A stretch of DNA of 24,019 nt, taken from a virus. Its lineage: Duplodnaviria; Caudoviricetes. Each line of letters starts with the position of its first letter. Within the stretch, counting starts at the first letter, position 1. Under the pieces are notes generated by a model. It ran no database searches. It was not told the origin of the DNA and worked only from the letters and a program-made list of their open reading frames with translations. A program made the translations under genes and the position numbers. The stretch spans positions 1-24,019 of IMG/VR virus record IMGVR_UViG_3300044300_001022; one strand, given 5' to 3'. This document shows positions 7,625-16,435 of the stretch, one piece after another.

Positions 7625-8590
7625 ATGGCTGCTGGAAACAGTAACTTTGACGAGATTCTTACTACTACCTTAAAAAACTATGTACCAAAATTAACTGACA
7701 ACATTTTCACAGCTAGGCCTCTGTTCTATGCTTTGACAAATGGTCAAACAATTCGGCGCATTTCAGGTGGTGCTAAGATAGTCGTTCCTGTAATTTATGG
7801 AACAAACTCTACCGCTGGTTCTTACTCTGGTTCAGATACTATATCTACGACTGCTCAAACAGGCATTACTGCCGCTGAGTACGACTGGAAACAGTACGCT
7901 GCCACAGTAACAATCTCTGGTATTGAAGAAGCCAAAAACAACGGTGAAGCACAAATCATCGACCTGCTGGAAGGTAAAATCTTCCAAACGCAAGAAACCA
8001 TCATTGAAAACCTTAACACGATGCTATTCGGTAACTCGACTGGTAACAGTGGAAAAGACTGGAATGGGCTTTCAGCCCTAATCGGTTTGGGTAACGATGA
8101 CGGTTCTTCTGCGCTTGCAGGAATCGATGCTACTGATTCAGATAACTCATGGTGGAGATCATCAGTTACGAATCAGGGTGGCGCTCTCACTGTTGCTGCA
8201 ATGGCTACTTTGTATAACAACGTGTCAGTTGGTAACGATCAACCAACAGTAATTATTACTGGTCAAGCTCAATATGAAGCTTATGAAGCTTTGCTTGACG
8301 GTCAAATTCGGTACACAGATACCGATATGGCTGACGGTGGGTTCCAGAACCTAATGTTCAAAGGTTGCCCAATAACCTTTGATGGCACACTTGCTGGTGA
8401 AGGAAAAATGTACTTCCTTAACACCAAGTACCTACAACTTGTTGCACATAGCGATGTTTGGTTCAAGCCAACACCGTTTGTACGACCAACTAACCAAGAC
8501 TCCGTGTTCTCACAGATTCTTTGTTACGGTAACCTTACAACGAGCAACCGAGCTCGCCAAGGTTACATGTACGGTATCACACCAGCTTAG
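7625..8590 (+). CDS. Major capsid protein
   Basis: AAGGAG RBS, 321 aa, follows scaffold. Segments such as LTDNIF..PLF, AEYDWKQY, GFQNLMFKG and YFLNTKYL are typical of HK97-fold capsids of this phage type. Confidence 0.88.
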   Translation: MAAGNSNFDEILTTTLKNYVPKLTDNIFTARPLFYALTNGQTIRRISGGAKIVVPVIYGTNSTAGSYSGSDTISTTAQTGITAAEYDWKQYAATVTISGIEEAKNNGEAQIIDLLEGKIFQTQETIIENLNTMLFGNSTGNSGKDWNGLSALIGLGNDDGSSALAGIDATDSDNSWWRSSVTNQGGALTVAAMATLYNNVSVGNDQPTVIITGQAQYEAYEALLDGQIRYTDTDMADGGFQNLMFKGCPITFDGTLAGEGKMYFLNTKYLQLVAHSDVWFKPTPFVRPTNQDSVFSQILCYGNLTTSNRARQGYMYGITPA

Positions 8591-8597
8591 GCGCTTG

Positions 8598-8861
8598 ATG
8601 GGTAGAGGTTTCGCAAACGCATATAAAGCAGGTTCTAGACCGTATGGTCAGCCAGGTAGCGGTAAGTCATTTCGTGAGAGTACTCCACGCCCTGAGGGTG
8701 TAGGGTCAAAACGAAATGTTCACCAAGTAGCTCCTACGCCTGTAGCGAAAGTGGAATCATCCCCTGAAACACCTAGATGCAGTTCGCTAACTCGAAGTGG
8801 GGACCCCTGTAAGGGGCGACCTGCTTCGGGTAGCGACCTGTGTAACTTTCACAGGAAGTAG
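8598..8861 (+). CDS. Small basic protein with C-terminal CCCH Zn-finger-like motif
   Basis: ATG 8598 lies 7 nt after the capsid stop, in the frame of ORF 8379..8861. The motif is CSSLTRSGDPCKGRPASGSDLCNFH. Confidence 0.7.
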   Translation: MGRGFANAYKAGSRPYGQPGSGKSFRESTPRPEGVGSKRNVHQVAPTPVAKVESSPETPRCSSLTRSGDPCKGRPASGSDLCNFHRK

Positions 8862-8863
8862 CA

Positions 8864-9577
8864 ATGCAGATTCAAGACATGAGAACCTACATTCGTGGGT
8901 TGCTCGACATCGACTCTTCAGACATATCTGATGATATTCTTAACCGCTTTATTGGTGAAGGCTATGACCAGGTTGTCTACTCTGAAAAGCGTTGGCCTTT
9001 CTATGAAGCAGAAGATACATTCCCGACTGTAGGGGGTACTTCTGACTATGATTTGAAATCTGCTGCTACGACCTTGGTAACTAACACTAGCGGCCTTAGG
9101 GACATAGCTGCTTTACGAACAGACGATCATGTCATAACGTATATAGGGCGTGATGACGGCGATGTTGTTTACCCTTTGGATTCCAATTCGTCAGGTGACT
9201 CTTATTACTGGTCTGATTGGGCAGAGAAAGTGCGGCTATATCCTACGCCATCTTCAGCTCAAACTATTTATGTTAGAGGGTATAAAAAGCCTACGGCGTT
9301 TGGTGTTGGTTCGGTAGATGGCACAGAACCAAGTGATTTCCCAGAACCTTTCCACATTCTATTTGCTACTTATGGAGCTGCTAGGGCATATGAACAACAA
9401 GAAGATCCGCAAATGGCTCAACAGTATTATGGGATTTTTACTAGGGAGCTCGACAACCTCAGAGCGAGACATATCGACGTTCCTACGCCTCAGCCGCTTG
9501 TCTTGAATAATCGTAACGTTTCACGGTGGCGATCACAAACTTATATGCCTAACCGTTTGCGTTACAGTTGGGAGTAG
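8864..9577 (+). CDS. Head-tail adaptor / tail tubular protein A-like
   Basis: Position after capsid, N-terminal helices followed by WPF, and RLYPTP...YVRGY...FPEPFHILF segments typical of adaptors. Confidence 0.7.
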   Translation: MQIQDMRTYIRGLLDIDSSDISDDILNRFIGEGYDQVVYSEKRWPFYEAEDTFPTVGGTSDYDLKSAATTLVTNTSGLRDIAALRTDDHVITYIGRDDGDVVYPLDSNSSGDSYYWSDWAEKVRLYPTPSSAQTIYVRGYKKPTAFGVGSVDGTEPSDFPEPFHILFATYGAARAYEQQEDPQMAQQYYGIFTRELDNLRARHIDVPTPQPLVLNNRNVSRWRSQTYMPNRLRYSWE

Positions 9578-9580
9578 CGC

Positions 9581-11182
9581 ATGGCCAAGCAAGGCTACAA
9601 AACGGAAGTTCTTGAAAGTTTCTCAGGAGGCTTAAACTTCCGCACTGACCAATTTAATTTAGAGCCAAATGAATCACCTGATTTGTTAAACGTCGATGTT
9701 GACCCACGTGGTGGAGTCAAATTACGTAACGGCGTTACAGCTATTAATGGAACTGCTTTAGGCGCTAATGTGGAAGGTATCGCTTCGTTTTTTACGGATG
9801 GCGGAACTTCTCAGATTATCGCTAATCATGGTACTGCTGTTGTGCATAGCACAGGTGGGAACTTTACTGCTATGACAGGTCAGACAGCGAGAACTGCTGG
9901 TTCTCGCATGTACGGCGTAACAATGAACAACGTGTTCTATGGTGTGTCAGGAGACAAAGTTTCATTTAAGTGGACTGGTACTGGCAGCGGCAGTGATCTA
10001 GGTACGGACATCGATGGAACTGCTGGTAATTTCCCTATAGCCCAGTATGTTACTTTTTGGAATAACTTTGCTTGGGTAGGAAAAACAAGAGAACCTACTA
10101 CCTATCATAATTCTAGGGTTCGTTGGTCAAACGCTAATCAAGCTGAGAAATGGACTAACACAGACTATGTAGATGTAGATATAGGGGAACGTGGAGATGT
10201 TATTACAGGCATGGTTCCTCTTGCTGACCGTTTACTAATTTTTAAGAACAACAGTGTTCATGCTATTTATGGTTTCGATTCTGAATCATTCCAGTTAACT
10301 GCGTTATCAAGAGATGTGGGATCTGTCGAAAAATCTACTCCTGTTTCGACACCGTATGGTGTGTTCTTCTGGCATGGGCGCGAAGGCGTGTACTTGTATA
10401 ACGGACAAGGATTTATTAACGTATTTGAAAAACTACGCCCAGCTATAGACAACGCAAGGATTAGTTTCACTACTCCTCCTCAGTTGGCTTGGTATGAGAA
10501 TCGTTTGTATGTTTCTGTAGATATGTTGCAGTATTATAAATCTGGGACGCAGGCAACGAAACGCCATGTGTTTATTTATGATCCCAGTATTCAATCTTGG
10601 AGTTTGACAGACATAGATGCTGCAACTTTGCATGTGCATGCCCCTCCAGGGGGTACGCCGTTGCTGTTGGGTGCTTGTGATTCTACTTCAAGTCCTGACC
10701 ATACTGGACGTGTTATTAAGTTAGAGCAGTCTACGTCTACTGATGCGTATGATGGTTCTACTGCTGCTCGTATTGAATCGCATTTTACGACTCCGTGGTT
10801 GTCTGGCAGAAATCCTATTACGAAGAAGCGTTGGGGTAGGCCGCAGGTGGTTATGGATGCTGCTGCTGCTTTAACAATGCAGGTCGAGGTTTACACGGAT
10901 TATGACAAGGCTTCTTCTCGCAAAACAGTAGATATTAATATCGAGGGCCGTGAGTCGTCGTCTGTGTGGGATACTGCTACTTGGGGGTCTGCTGAGGGTA
11001 CTGGCGATTCTAATTTAGGGGTTTGGGGTGCTGAATCAGCTAACAAGATAACTGATGTTGTTCGTGTACAGAGCCTTGGCAACGCCAAGTCTGTTGCGTT
11101 AAAAATTAATGGCCCTAGCCAATCAAGTAGCTGGGAAATTAATGGAATTATGTTTACCTACAAACCAAGGAGATTACGGTAA
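9581..11182 (+). CDS. Tail nozzle / tubular protein B-like (beta-propeller)
   Basis: FSGGLN...NESPDLLNVD N-terminus, VRWS, LLIFKNNSVH; beta-rich sequence; follows the adaptor. Confidence 0.7.
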   Translation: MAKQGYKTEVLESFSGGLNFRTDQFNLEPNESPDLLNVDVDPRGGVKLRNGVTAINGTALGANVEGIASFFTDGGTSQIIANHGTAVVHSTGGNFTAMTGQTARTAGSRMYGVTMNNVFYGVSGDKVSFKWTGTGSGSDLGTDIDGTAGNFPIAQYVTFWNNFAWVGKTREPTTYHNSRVRWSNANQAEKWTNTDYVDVDIGERGDVITGMVPLADRLLIFKNNSVHAIYGFDSESFQLTALSRDVGSVEKSTPVSTPYGVFFWHGREGVYLYNGQGFINVFEKLRPAIDNARISFTTPPQLAWYENRLYVSVDMLQYYKSGTQATKRHVFIYDPSIQSWSLTDIDAATLHVHAPPGGTPLLLGACDSTSSPDHTGRVIKLEQSTSTDAYDGSTAARIESHFTTPWLSGRNPITKKRWGRPQVVMDAAAALTMQVEVYTDYDKASSRKTVDINIEGRESSSVWDTATWGSAEGTGDSNLGVWGAESANKITDVVRVQSLGNAKSVALKINGPSQSSSWEINGIMFTYKPRRLR

Positions 11183-12210
11183 TGACTCTTTCAGTCAATG
11201 ACTTTACGGCAGGAACGGTTATTACTGCTTCTGCGATGAATACTAATTTTGCAACTATTGAGAACTATGTTAATAGTTCGCCTGGTATGGCTGGGCTTAC
11301 TGGCGCTACGTTCACTGGTGCGGTGACGATAAATGCTGCTTTAGCTGTTTCTGGGGCTACAACGTATACCAGCACAGTTACTGTAGGTGTGTCAGGTACT
11401 GGCCATGATGTAATTTTACACGGCGATACCGCTGGAGATTATATGGCTTGGGATGCTGACACTAACAAGTTGCTTATTGTTGGTACAGCAGGTTCAACAG
11501 CGCTTGAGGTGCAGGAAGGTCACGTTGTTATCGACGATAACCTTACTGTTACTACTGGAACTACAGCTCTTAAAGTTACAAATATCGTTGGAGCGCTCAC
11601 AGTAGGCGTTAGCGATACAGGCCATAACGTCTATTTCTACGGCGCTACGGCTAATAAGTATCTTAAATGGGACCAAGCTAACGACAGGTTGCAGCTTGGG
11701 GACTCAGGTGGTTCCAAAGGTTGCGACATCCTTGCTTACGGCGCTACTGACACAAAGCTCATGCAATGGGATGAAAGTGAAGATACTTTCAAAGTTGTAG
11801 GTGCTGTCGAAATTACAGGCGCTCTTTCAAAAAGCTCTGGATCTTTCGACATCGCCCACCCGACAAAGGGTGGAGATTGGCGCTTACGTCACTCATTCAT
11901 TGAAGGCCCAACAGCCGACAATATCTACAGGGGAACAGTCACCATATCTGGTGATTCCGTAAGTGTCGATCTTGACGCTGTTTCTGAGATGACTGACGGA
12001 ACTTGGGAGGCGCTAAACACTAACCCTTGGTCTATGGTTTCCAGTTCTGGCAATGCTGTTACTTGGTCTTTGTCTGGCAAAACATTGACGATAACTGGCC
12101 CTGATGGGGCCGTTTGTTCGTGGATGGTCATAGGCGAACGCAACGACAATGAAATGAAAGATAGCACTATTACTGACGATAACGGTAAATTAATTGTCGA
12201 ATATGAATAA
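11182..12210 (+). CDS. Tail fibre/spike-like protein
   Basis: N-terminal [16 protein letters not shown] attachment-like segment, Gly/Thr beta repeats, C-terminal [11 protein letters not shown]...LRHSFIEGP domain. Confidence 0.65.
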   Translation: MTLSVNDFTAGTVITASAMNTNFATIENYVNSSPGMAGLTGATFTGAVTINAALAVSGATTYTSTVTVGVSGTGHDVILHGDTAGDYMAWDADTNKLLIVGTAGSTALEVQEGHVVIDDNLTVTTGTTALKVTNIVGALTVGVSDTGHNVYFYGATANKYLKWDQANDRLQLGDSGGSKGCDILAYGATDTKLMQWDESEDTFKVVGAVEITGALSKSSGSFDIAHPTKGGDWRLRHSFIEGPTADNIYRGTVTISGDSVSVDLDAVSEMTDGTWEALNTNPWSMVSSSGNAVTWSLSGKTLTITGPDGAVCSWMVIGERNDNEMKDSTITDDNGKLIVEYE

Positions 12211-12221
12211 ACGGATATGTA

Positions 12222-14003
12222 ATGCCTAAAGATATTCAATACACCAAACTTCTAGGACCACAAGTCGAAATAACCATGACTAACGGCCCTGATTATGAGG
12301 GTACGTATGCTTCTGGCACTACTTACGCTGCTGGAGATGTCGTAACGTATAACAACTCTTCATATATCGCTAGACAAGCGACGACAGGCAACACTCCTGG
12401 CGATACTGCTTATTGGCAGACGTTAGCTTCGCAAGGTTCATCTGGTGGTACAGGCCCAACAGGGCCAACTGGACCTACAGGCCCAACAGGACCAAACGGC
12501 CCCACAGGACCAACAGGTCCAAGTGGGCCAACAGGAAGCGCAGGGCCACCTGGTCCGACTGGACCTACAGGTCCATCTGGCCCGACAGGTCCGACAGGTA
12601 GTACTGGTCCGACAGGTCCAGCAGGTTCTGATGGTAAGACGGTATTGAATGGTTCTGGTGATCCTTCTGGGCCTACTGGAGCTGATGGCGATTTTTATAT
12701 TCAAACAAGCGACAATGAGATCTTTGGTCCCAAGTCGAGTGGTTCTTGGGGTTCAGGAACTTCTCTAGTTGGTCCCACTGGTCCCACAGGGCCGACAGGC
12801 CCGACTGGGCCGAACGGCCCCACAGGTCCGACTGGTCCCACAGGACCAACTGGGCCTGGCGGTACTGGACCTACTGGCCCCACTGGGCCTACTGGCCCTA
12901 CAGGTAGCGCTGGTCCTCCTGGGCCTGACGGCCCTACTGGACCTACTGGTCCTAGTGGGCCTACTGGTGGCACTGGACCTACAGGTCCGACTGGCCCGAC
13001 TGGGCCTACAGGCGCACAGATTCTTAATGGTAGTGGTGACCCTTCTGGTCCCACAGGTTCTAACGGTGACTTTTATATAGATACTGGGGATAACGAAATC
13101 TTTGGCCCTAAGTCAGGTTCTGGCTGGGGTTCTGGTACTTCGTTGGTAGGGCCGACTGGACCAAGCGGTCCGACTGGTCCTACAGGGCCGAGCGGACCTA
13201 GTGGTGGGACTGGTCCTACTGGGCCAACAGGCCCAACTGGACCTGATGGTCCTAATGGTCCTACTGGTCCTGCTGGCCCTCCTGGTCCGTCTGGTGGTAC
13301 TGGTCCTTCTGGTCCAACTGGTCCTACAGGACCAACTGGACCTACTGGGCCGACTGGTCCTTCTGGTACTCCTGCTGGTTCAGATCATCAGGTGCAATGG
13401 AACGACGGTGGTAGCTTTGGGGCTGACGCTAATCTTACTTATGATGGCTCAACGTTAACCGCTAAGGCAGCGTTGACTGTTGGTGTTAATGACACTGGGC
13501 ATGATGTAATTTTCTACGGAGCGACAGCCGACACTAGTTACTTTTGGTGGGATGAAAGCGACGACAGAATGGTGGTCAGTGGAAAGGTAGAATTTGTTGG
13601 CGACGGCGCTTGGAAAACGTGGACTCCAACATGGGGCAACGTGTCAATCGGAAATGCTACGGTGACTGCACAATATGTCCAACTTGACGAATGGGTATTC
13701 GTCAAATTAAAAGCCACGGCAGGTAGTTCGACTAGCTATTCATCAGGGTCTATGACGATTTCATTGCCAGTGGCAACGAATGGTGATACTGGCTACCAAT
13801 GGTTAACCTGTGCGCTAGCCCCAGCAGGAGGAACGCTTTATGAAGGGCCAGTTCTGACTTCAGGGTCTACAGCGTACCCTTGCACAGAGGTTGCAAGTGG
13901 CACTTACGCTTCTTTGACGAATGCCAACGGTGGTACAAGTGTTCCAGCAGGATGGGGTACAAGTGCAATCATTTATATGAACGGATGGTATCGGGCAGCA
14001 TGA
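12222..14003 (+). CDS. Collagen-like fibre protein with N-terminal CBM5/12-like module
   Basis: Three long (Gly-Pro-Thr)n tracts. N-terminal [22 protein letters not shown]...PG...YW module. C-terminal WTPTW...Y.QL...VFV fibre-tip-like domain. Confidence 0.85.
   Translation: MPKDIQYTKLLGPQVEITMTNGPDYEGTYASGTTYAAGDVVTYNNSSYIARQATTGNTPGDTAYWQTLASQGSSGGTGPTGPTGPTGPTGPNGPTGPTGPSGPTGSAGPPGPTGPTGPSGPTGPTGSTGPTGPAGSDGKTVLNGSGDPSGPTGADGDFYIQTSDNEIFGPKSSGSWGSGTSLVGPTGPTGPTGPTGPNGPTGPTGPTGPTGPGGTGPTGPTGPTGPTGSAGPPGPDGPTGPTGPSGPTGGTGPTGPTGPTGPTGAQILNGSGDPSGPTGSNGDFYIDTGDNEIFGPKSGSGWGSGTSLVGPTGPSGPTGPTGPSGPSGGTGPTGPTGPTGPDGPNGPTGPAGPPGPSGGTGPSGPTGPTGPTGPTGPTGPSGTPAGSDHQVQWNDGGSFGADANLTYDGSTLTAKAALTVGVNDTGHDVIFYGATADTSYFWWDESDDRMVVSGKVEFVGDGAWKTWTPTWGNVSIGNATVTAQYVQLDEWVFVKLKATAGSSTSYSSGSMTISLPVATNGDTGYQWLTCALAPAGGTLYEGPVLTSGSTAYPCTEVASGTYASLTNANGGTSVPAGWGTSAIIYMNGWYRAA
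12453..13370 (+). repeat. GGN-CCN-ACN 9-bp collagen repeats, interrupted by two copies of a ~43-aa spacer domain
   Basis: Visible in DNA and protein. Spacers [42 protein letters not shown] at ~12642-12770 and ~13020-13149. Confidence 0.95.
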
Positions 14004-14290
14004 TGATCCAAATAGGTTTAGAACCAGCACATGGAGTTTACAATTCTGGGACCGAACAGTGGGATGATGGTACTGACGGTCCAGTGAGTGATGCTCAATG
14101 GGCGGTAATGCTCAGACGAGAAAGAGATCGACGGCTTGGAACTTCTGACTGGACTCAAGCAGCGGATAGTCCTTTAACAGATTCTAAGAAAGCTGAATGG
14201 GCTGCGTATAGAACGGCGTTGAGGGACCTACCTGCATCTGCTATTTTGGGTATGGTTGTAGATTTCCCTGATCCACCTGAAGGAGCGTAA
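14000..14290 (+). CDS. Tail fibre assembly chaperone-like protein
   Basis: [22 protein letters not shown]...[12 protein letters not shown]...FPDPP signature. The start overlaps the fibre stop (ATGA 14000-14003). Confidence 0.85.
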   Translation: MMIQIGLEPAHGVYNSGTEQWDDGTDGPVSDAQWAVMLRRERDRRLGTSDWTQAADSPLTDSKKAEWAAYRTALRDLPASAILGMVVDFPDPPEGA

Positions 14291-14457
14291 TGGAAGAACA
14301 AATACCGCAAGAAACAATACTGAAAGAAATACAAGCACGTTACCCACAGGAGTTCCTTATTTCTGTGCAAGCGGTGCGTATAGCTGCGTTGCTTAACCAC
14401 ATGAAAGAGTGTGAATGTGAGCATTGTAGGGCGCACGCTGGGACAATAGAGGCTTAA
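14290..14457 (+). CDS. 55-aa protein with His/Cys cluster (not in ORF track)
   Basis: AGGAG RBS and TAATG overlap. Translation: [55 protein letters not shown]. Confidence 0.7.
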   Translation: MEEQIPQETILKEIQARYPQEFLISVQAVRIAALLNHMKECECEHCRAHAGTIEA

Positions 14458-14462
14458 TATAG
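14439..14462 (+). promoter_or_regulatory. TGGGACA-N13-ATAG motif, copy 3
   Basis: TGGGACA ATAGAGGCTTAAT ATAG, upstream of the putative ejection-protein module; it runs into the AGGAG RBS. Confidence 0.7.
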
Positions 14463-14470
14463 GAGACATT

Positions 14471-14920
14471 ATGGCAATAAACTACCAAGATATAGCTTCT
14501 GCGGCTATGGGGGGTACTGCTAGTCAAACAGCACCAACATTCCAACAGGCTAGTTGGAACACGATGAAAAACCTTGGCTGGAACGAGTATAACCGTAACC
14601 AAGAAAGAAGAAATTGGGCAAGGACCGAATCTGATTTTAACCGTGGGTTTGAAGATTTAGCGAAGGCGCTGCCTGGCCAGTACAACAGGAAAGGGATGCT
14701 AGACAGTGGTGTCTATCAAGCTGGTGCTAATAGGGCTGTGACGGATCACTTGCGGAATTATGACAGATCTTTTCAGGACTATAACCAGAGGATGGATCGT
14801 TCTCGCTTGATGGATGACATTATGTTGGGTGATTTATCTAATTTGCGTAACCAGCTTAATACTCAAGATTACCAGTCTTTGGTGGCCTCAATGGTTAAAA
14901 ATTCAGGAGGTGTAGCCTAA
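14471..14920 (+). CDS. Probable internal virion/ejection protein (small)
   Basis: AGGAG RBS. Helical Gln/Asn/Arg-rich sequence with an RKGMLDSG motif. First of three coupled genes of increasing size. Confidence 0.55.
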   Translation: MAINYQDIASAAMGGTASQTAPTFQQASWNTMKNLGWNEYNRNQERRNWARTESDFNRGFEDLAKALPGQYNRKGMLDSGVYQAGANRAVTDHLRNYDRSFQDYNQRMDRSRLMDDIMLGDLSNLRNQLNTQDYQSLVASMVKNSGGVA

Positions 14921-16434
14921 TGAGTAAAGGTGGAAGATACGGTTCAGCACGTGAGGAGCGAAAGCTAACTCCTGAAGAAAGGGAAGCTGCTAGAGAAGTC
15001 GAAGCAGAAAAAGCTAGGGAAAAAACTGCTAACGAAATAATATACCAGCAGGCATTAGATCGAGGAGAAGTTCCTACATATACCCCTCACCGAACTACAA
15101 ACGAAAGAGCTATTTCTAGAGACGCTTGGAATCAGCGAAATGCGATGGAGCAAGTAGCTCGTGACCAAGCTATGATGGGCGGAGCTGTCAATCCTGGAAA
15201 TTATGGACAAATATATTACAACGATCCAGGAGCGCAGTTTGAAGGAATGGCCCTTTACCCTGGTGGTAAAGTTGCTCCTGGGACAATGGCTAGTGAGCTT
15301 GCTACGACTAAGAGCGCTACAGATCCGTTTGATTTGAGCGAGGCTGGTGTAGCTACTGGTATGACTCCTGAAGATCTTGAGTACTATGAAAGCATTGGTG
15401 CTTTTGCTGGGATGTTTGATGGGGCTCCATCTGCTGGTGGGACTCCTTACACTGAAGGTTACACTGAAGGCAGTCAAACTGATCCTTTCCAGTATGGCGA
15501 ATCTGCTTTAACTAGCTTACAGAATCAACGTGCGGCGATGTACGCTGATTATTTCGCTAATCAAGAGGGCTTTGCTCAAGATAGATATAATTCGATAACT
15601 TCTTATTTGAACGAACTTCAACTTGGTGCTGACGCACAGTACCAGCAAGACATGGCAGACATGTCGCAGCAGTACGATGCGATGCAGACTTCAAGGGATG
15701 AACGTTTTGAAGAAGCTTTTGCTATGGGCGGTGATCGTAGCGGTTTGGCTATGGACACTTTGGCGAGTTTGGGTATTACTCCAGATACCACTACGTTTGA
15801 TTCTGTTACTGGCGAGACAGACAATATGTTGTTCTCTCAGCAGCAAAGCGGAGCTGACATGCTTAACACGATGCGGTTCATAAGCAATCAGATGCTTAAT
15901 TTTGGGAAATCTGCTTCTTCTCGAAGTATTAGTGCAGGTTTGCAGCAGTCTGAAATGGCTTTGGCGCAAGAGATGGCTAATATCCAGTTGGCTAAAGATT
16001 CCTTTGGGATAAGCGAGATAGAAGCTGCAATAGCTCAAGAGAAAGCTACTGCCGAAGCGAACGCTGCTCTAGCAAGAGCTAGTGAAGCTGAAGAGAAGAT
16101 GAACGCTTACTTTATTACTGCTGGGCGTGTGTACGCTCCTGAAGCTACTGACGCTGAGTTGGTGGCTATGGGTAATACTGGGCTGTTAGATCCACTTATT
16201 CAAGCTGCTATGCAACCAGGGCTTCCTGAACCTACAACCATTCCGTGGGGTGCGACTCCTGAAACAGGTTCTCCCATGACTCAAGAACAACTACAAATGA
16301 TGGCGACGATGCATGCAATGACTAATCAGGGCCAAGCGCCGCAGTACTATCAAGACCCAGCAACAGGTTTGACAGTTCCTGTGGAATCTGCTTCTGATTT
16401 GTTGAACGTCATGCAAGCGCAGGCACAAAGTTAA
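14920..16434 (+). CDS. Probable internal virion/ejection protein (medium)
   Basis: 504 aa, Ala/Gln/Met-rich and helical, TAATG-coupled; function assigned by position only. Confidence 0.55.
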   Translation: MSKGGRYGSAREERKLTPEEREAAREVEAEKAREKTANEIIYQQALDRGEVPTYTPHRTTNERAISRDAWNQRNAMEQVARDQAMMGGAVNPGNYGQIYYNDPGAQFEGMALYPGGKVAPGTMASELATTKSATDPFDLSEAGVATGMTPEDLEYYESIGAFAGMFDGAPSAGGTPYTEGYTEGSQTDPFQYGESALTSLQNQRAAMYADYFANQEGFAQDRYNSITSYLNELQLGADAQYQQDMADMSQQYDAMQTSRDERFEEAFAMGGDRSGLAMDTLASLGITPDTTTFDSVTGETDNMLFSQQQSGADMLNTMRFISNQMLNFGKSASSRSISAGLQQSEMALAQEMANIQLAKDSFGISEIEAAIAQEKATAEANAALARASEAEEKMNAYFITAGRVYAPEATDAELVAMGNTGLLDPLIQAAMQPGLPEPTTIPWGATPETGSPMTQEQLQMMATMHAMTNQGQAPQYYQDPATGLTVPVESASDLLNVMQAQAQS

Positions 16435-16435
16435 C

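Noticed and set aside
8379-8600. Programmed frameshift or readthrough extending the major capsid protein
   Set aside because: The downstream ORF is in the +1 frame and I found no convincing slippery site. The CTTAGGC heptamer at the stop is in the wrong frame for Ty1-type shifting, and readthrough meets another TAG four codons later.
12413-13458. Multiple alternative-frame and antisense ORFs over the collagen region
   Set aside because: These are shadows of the stop-poor GGN-CCN-ACN repeats.
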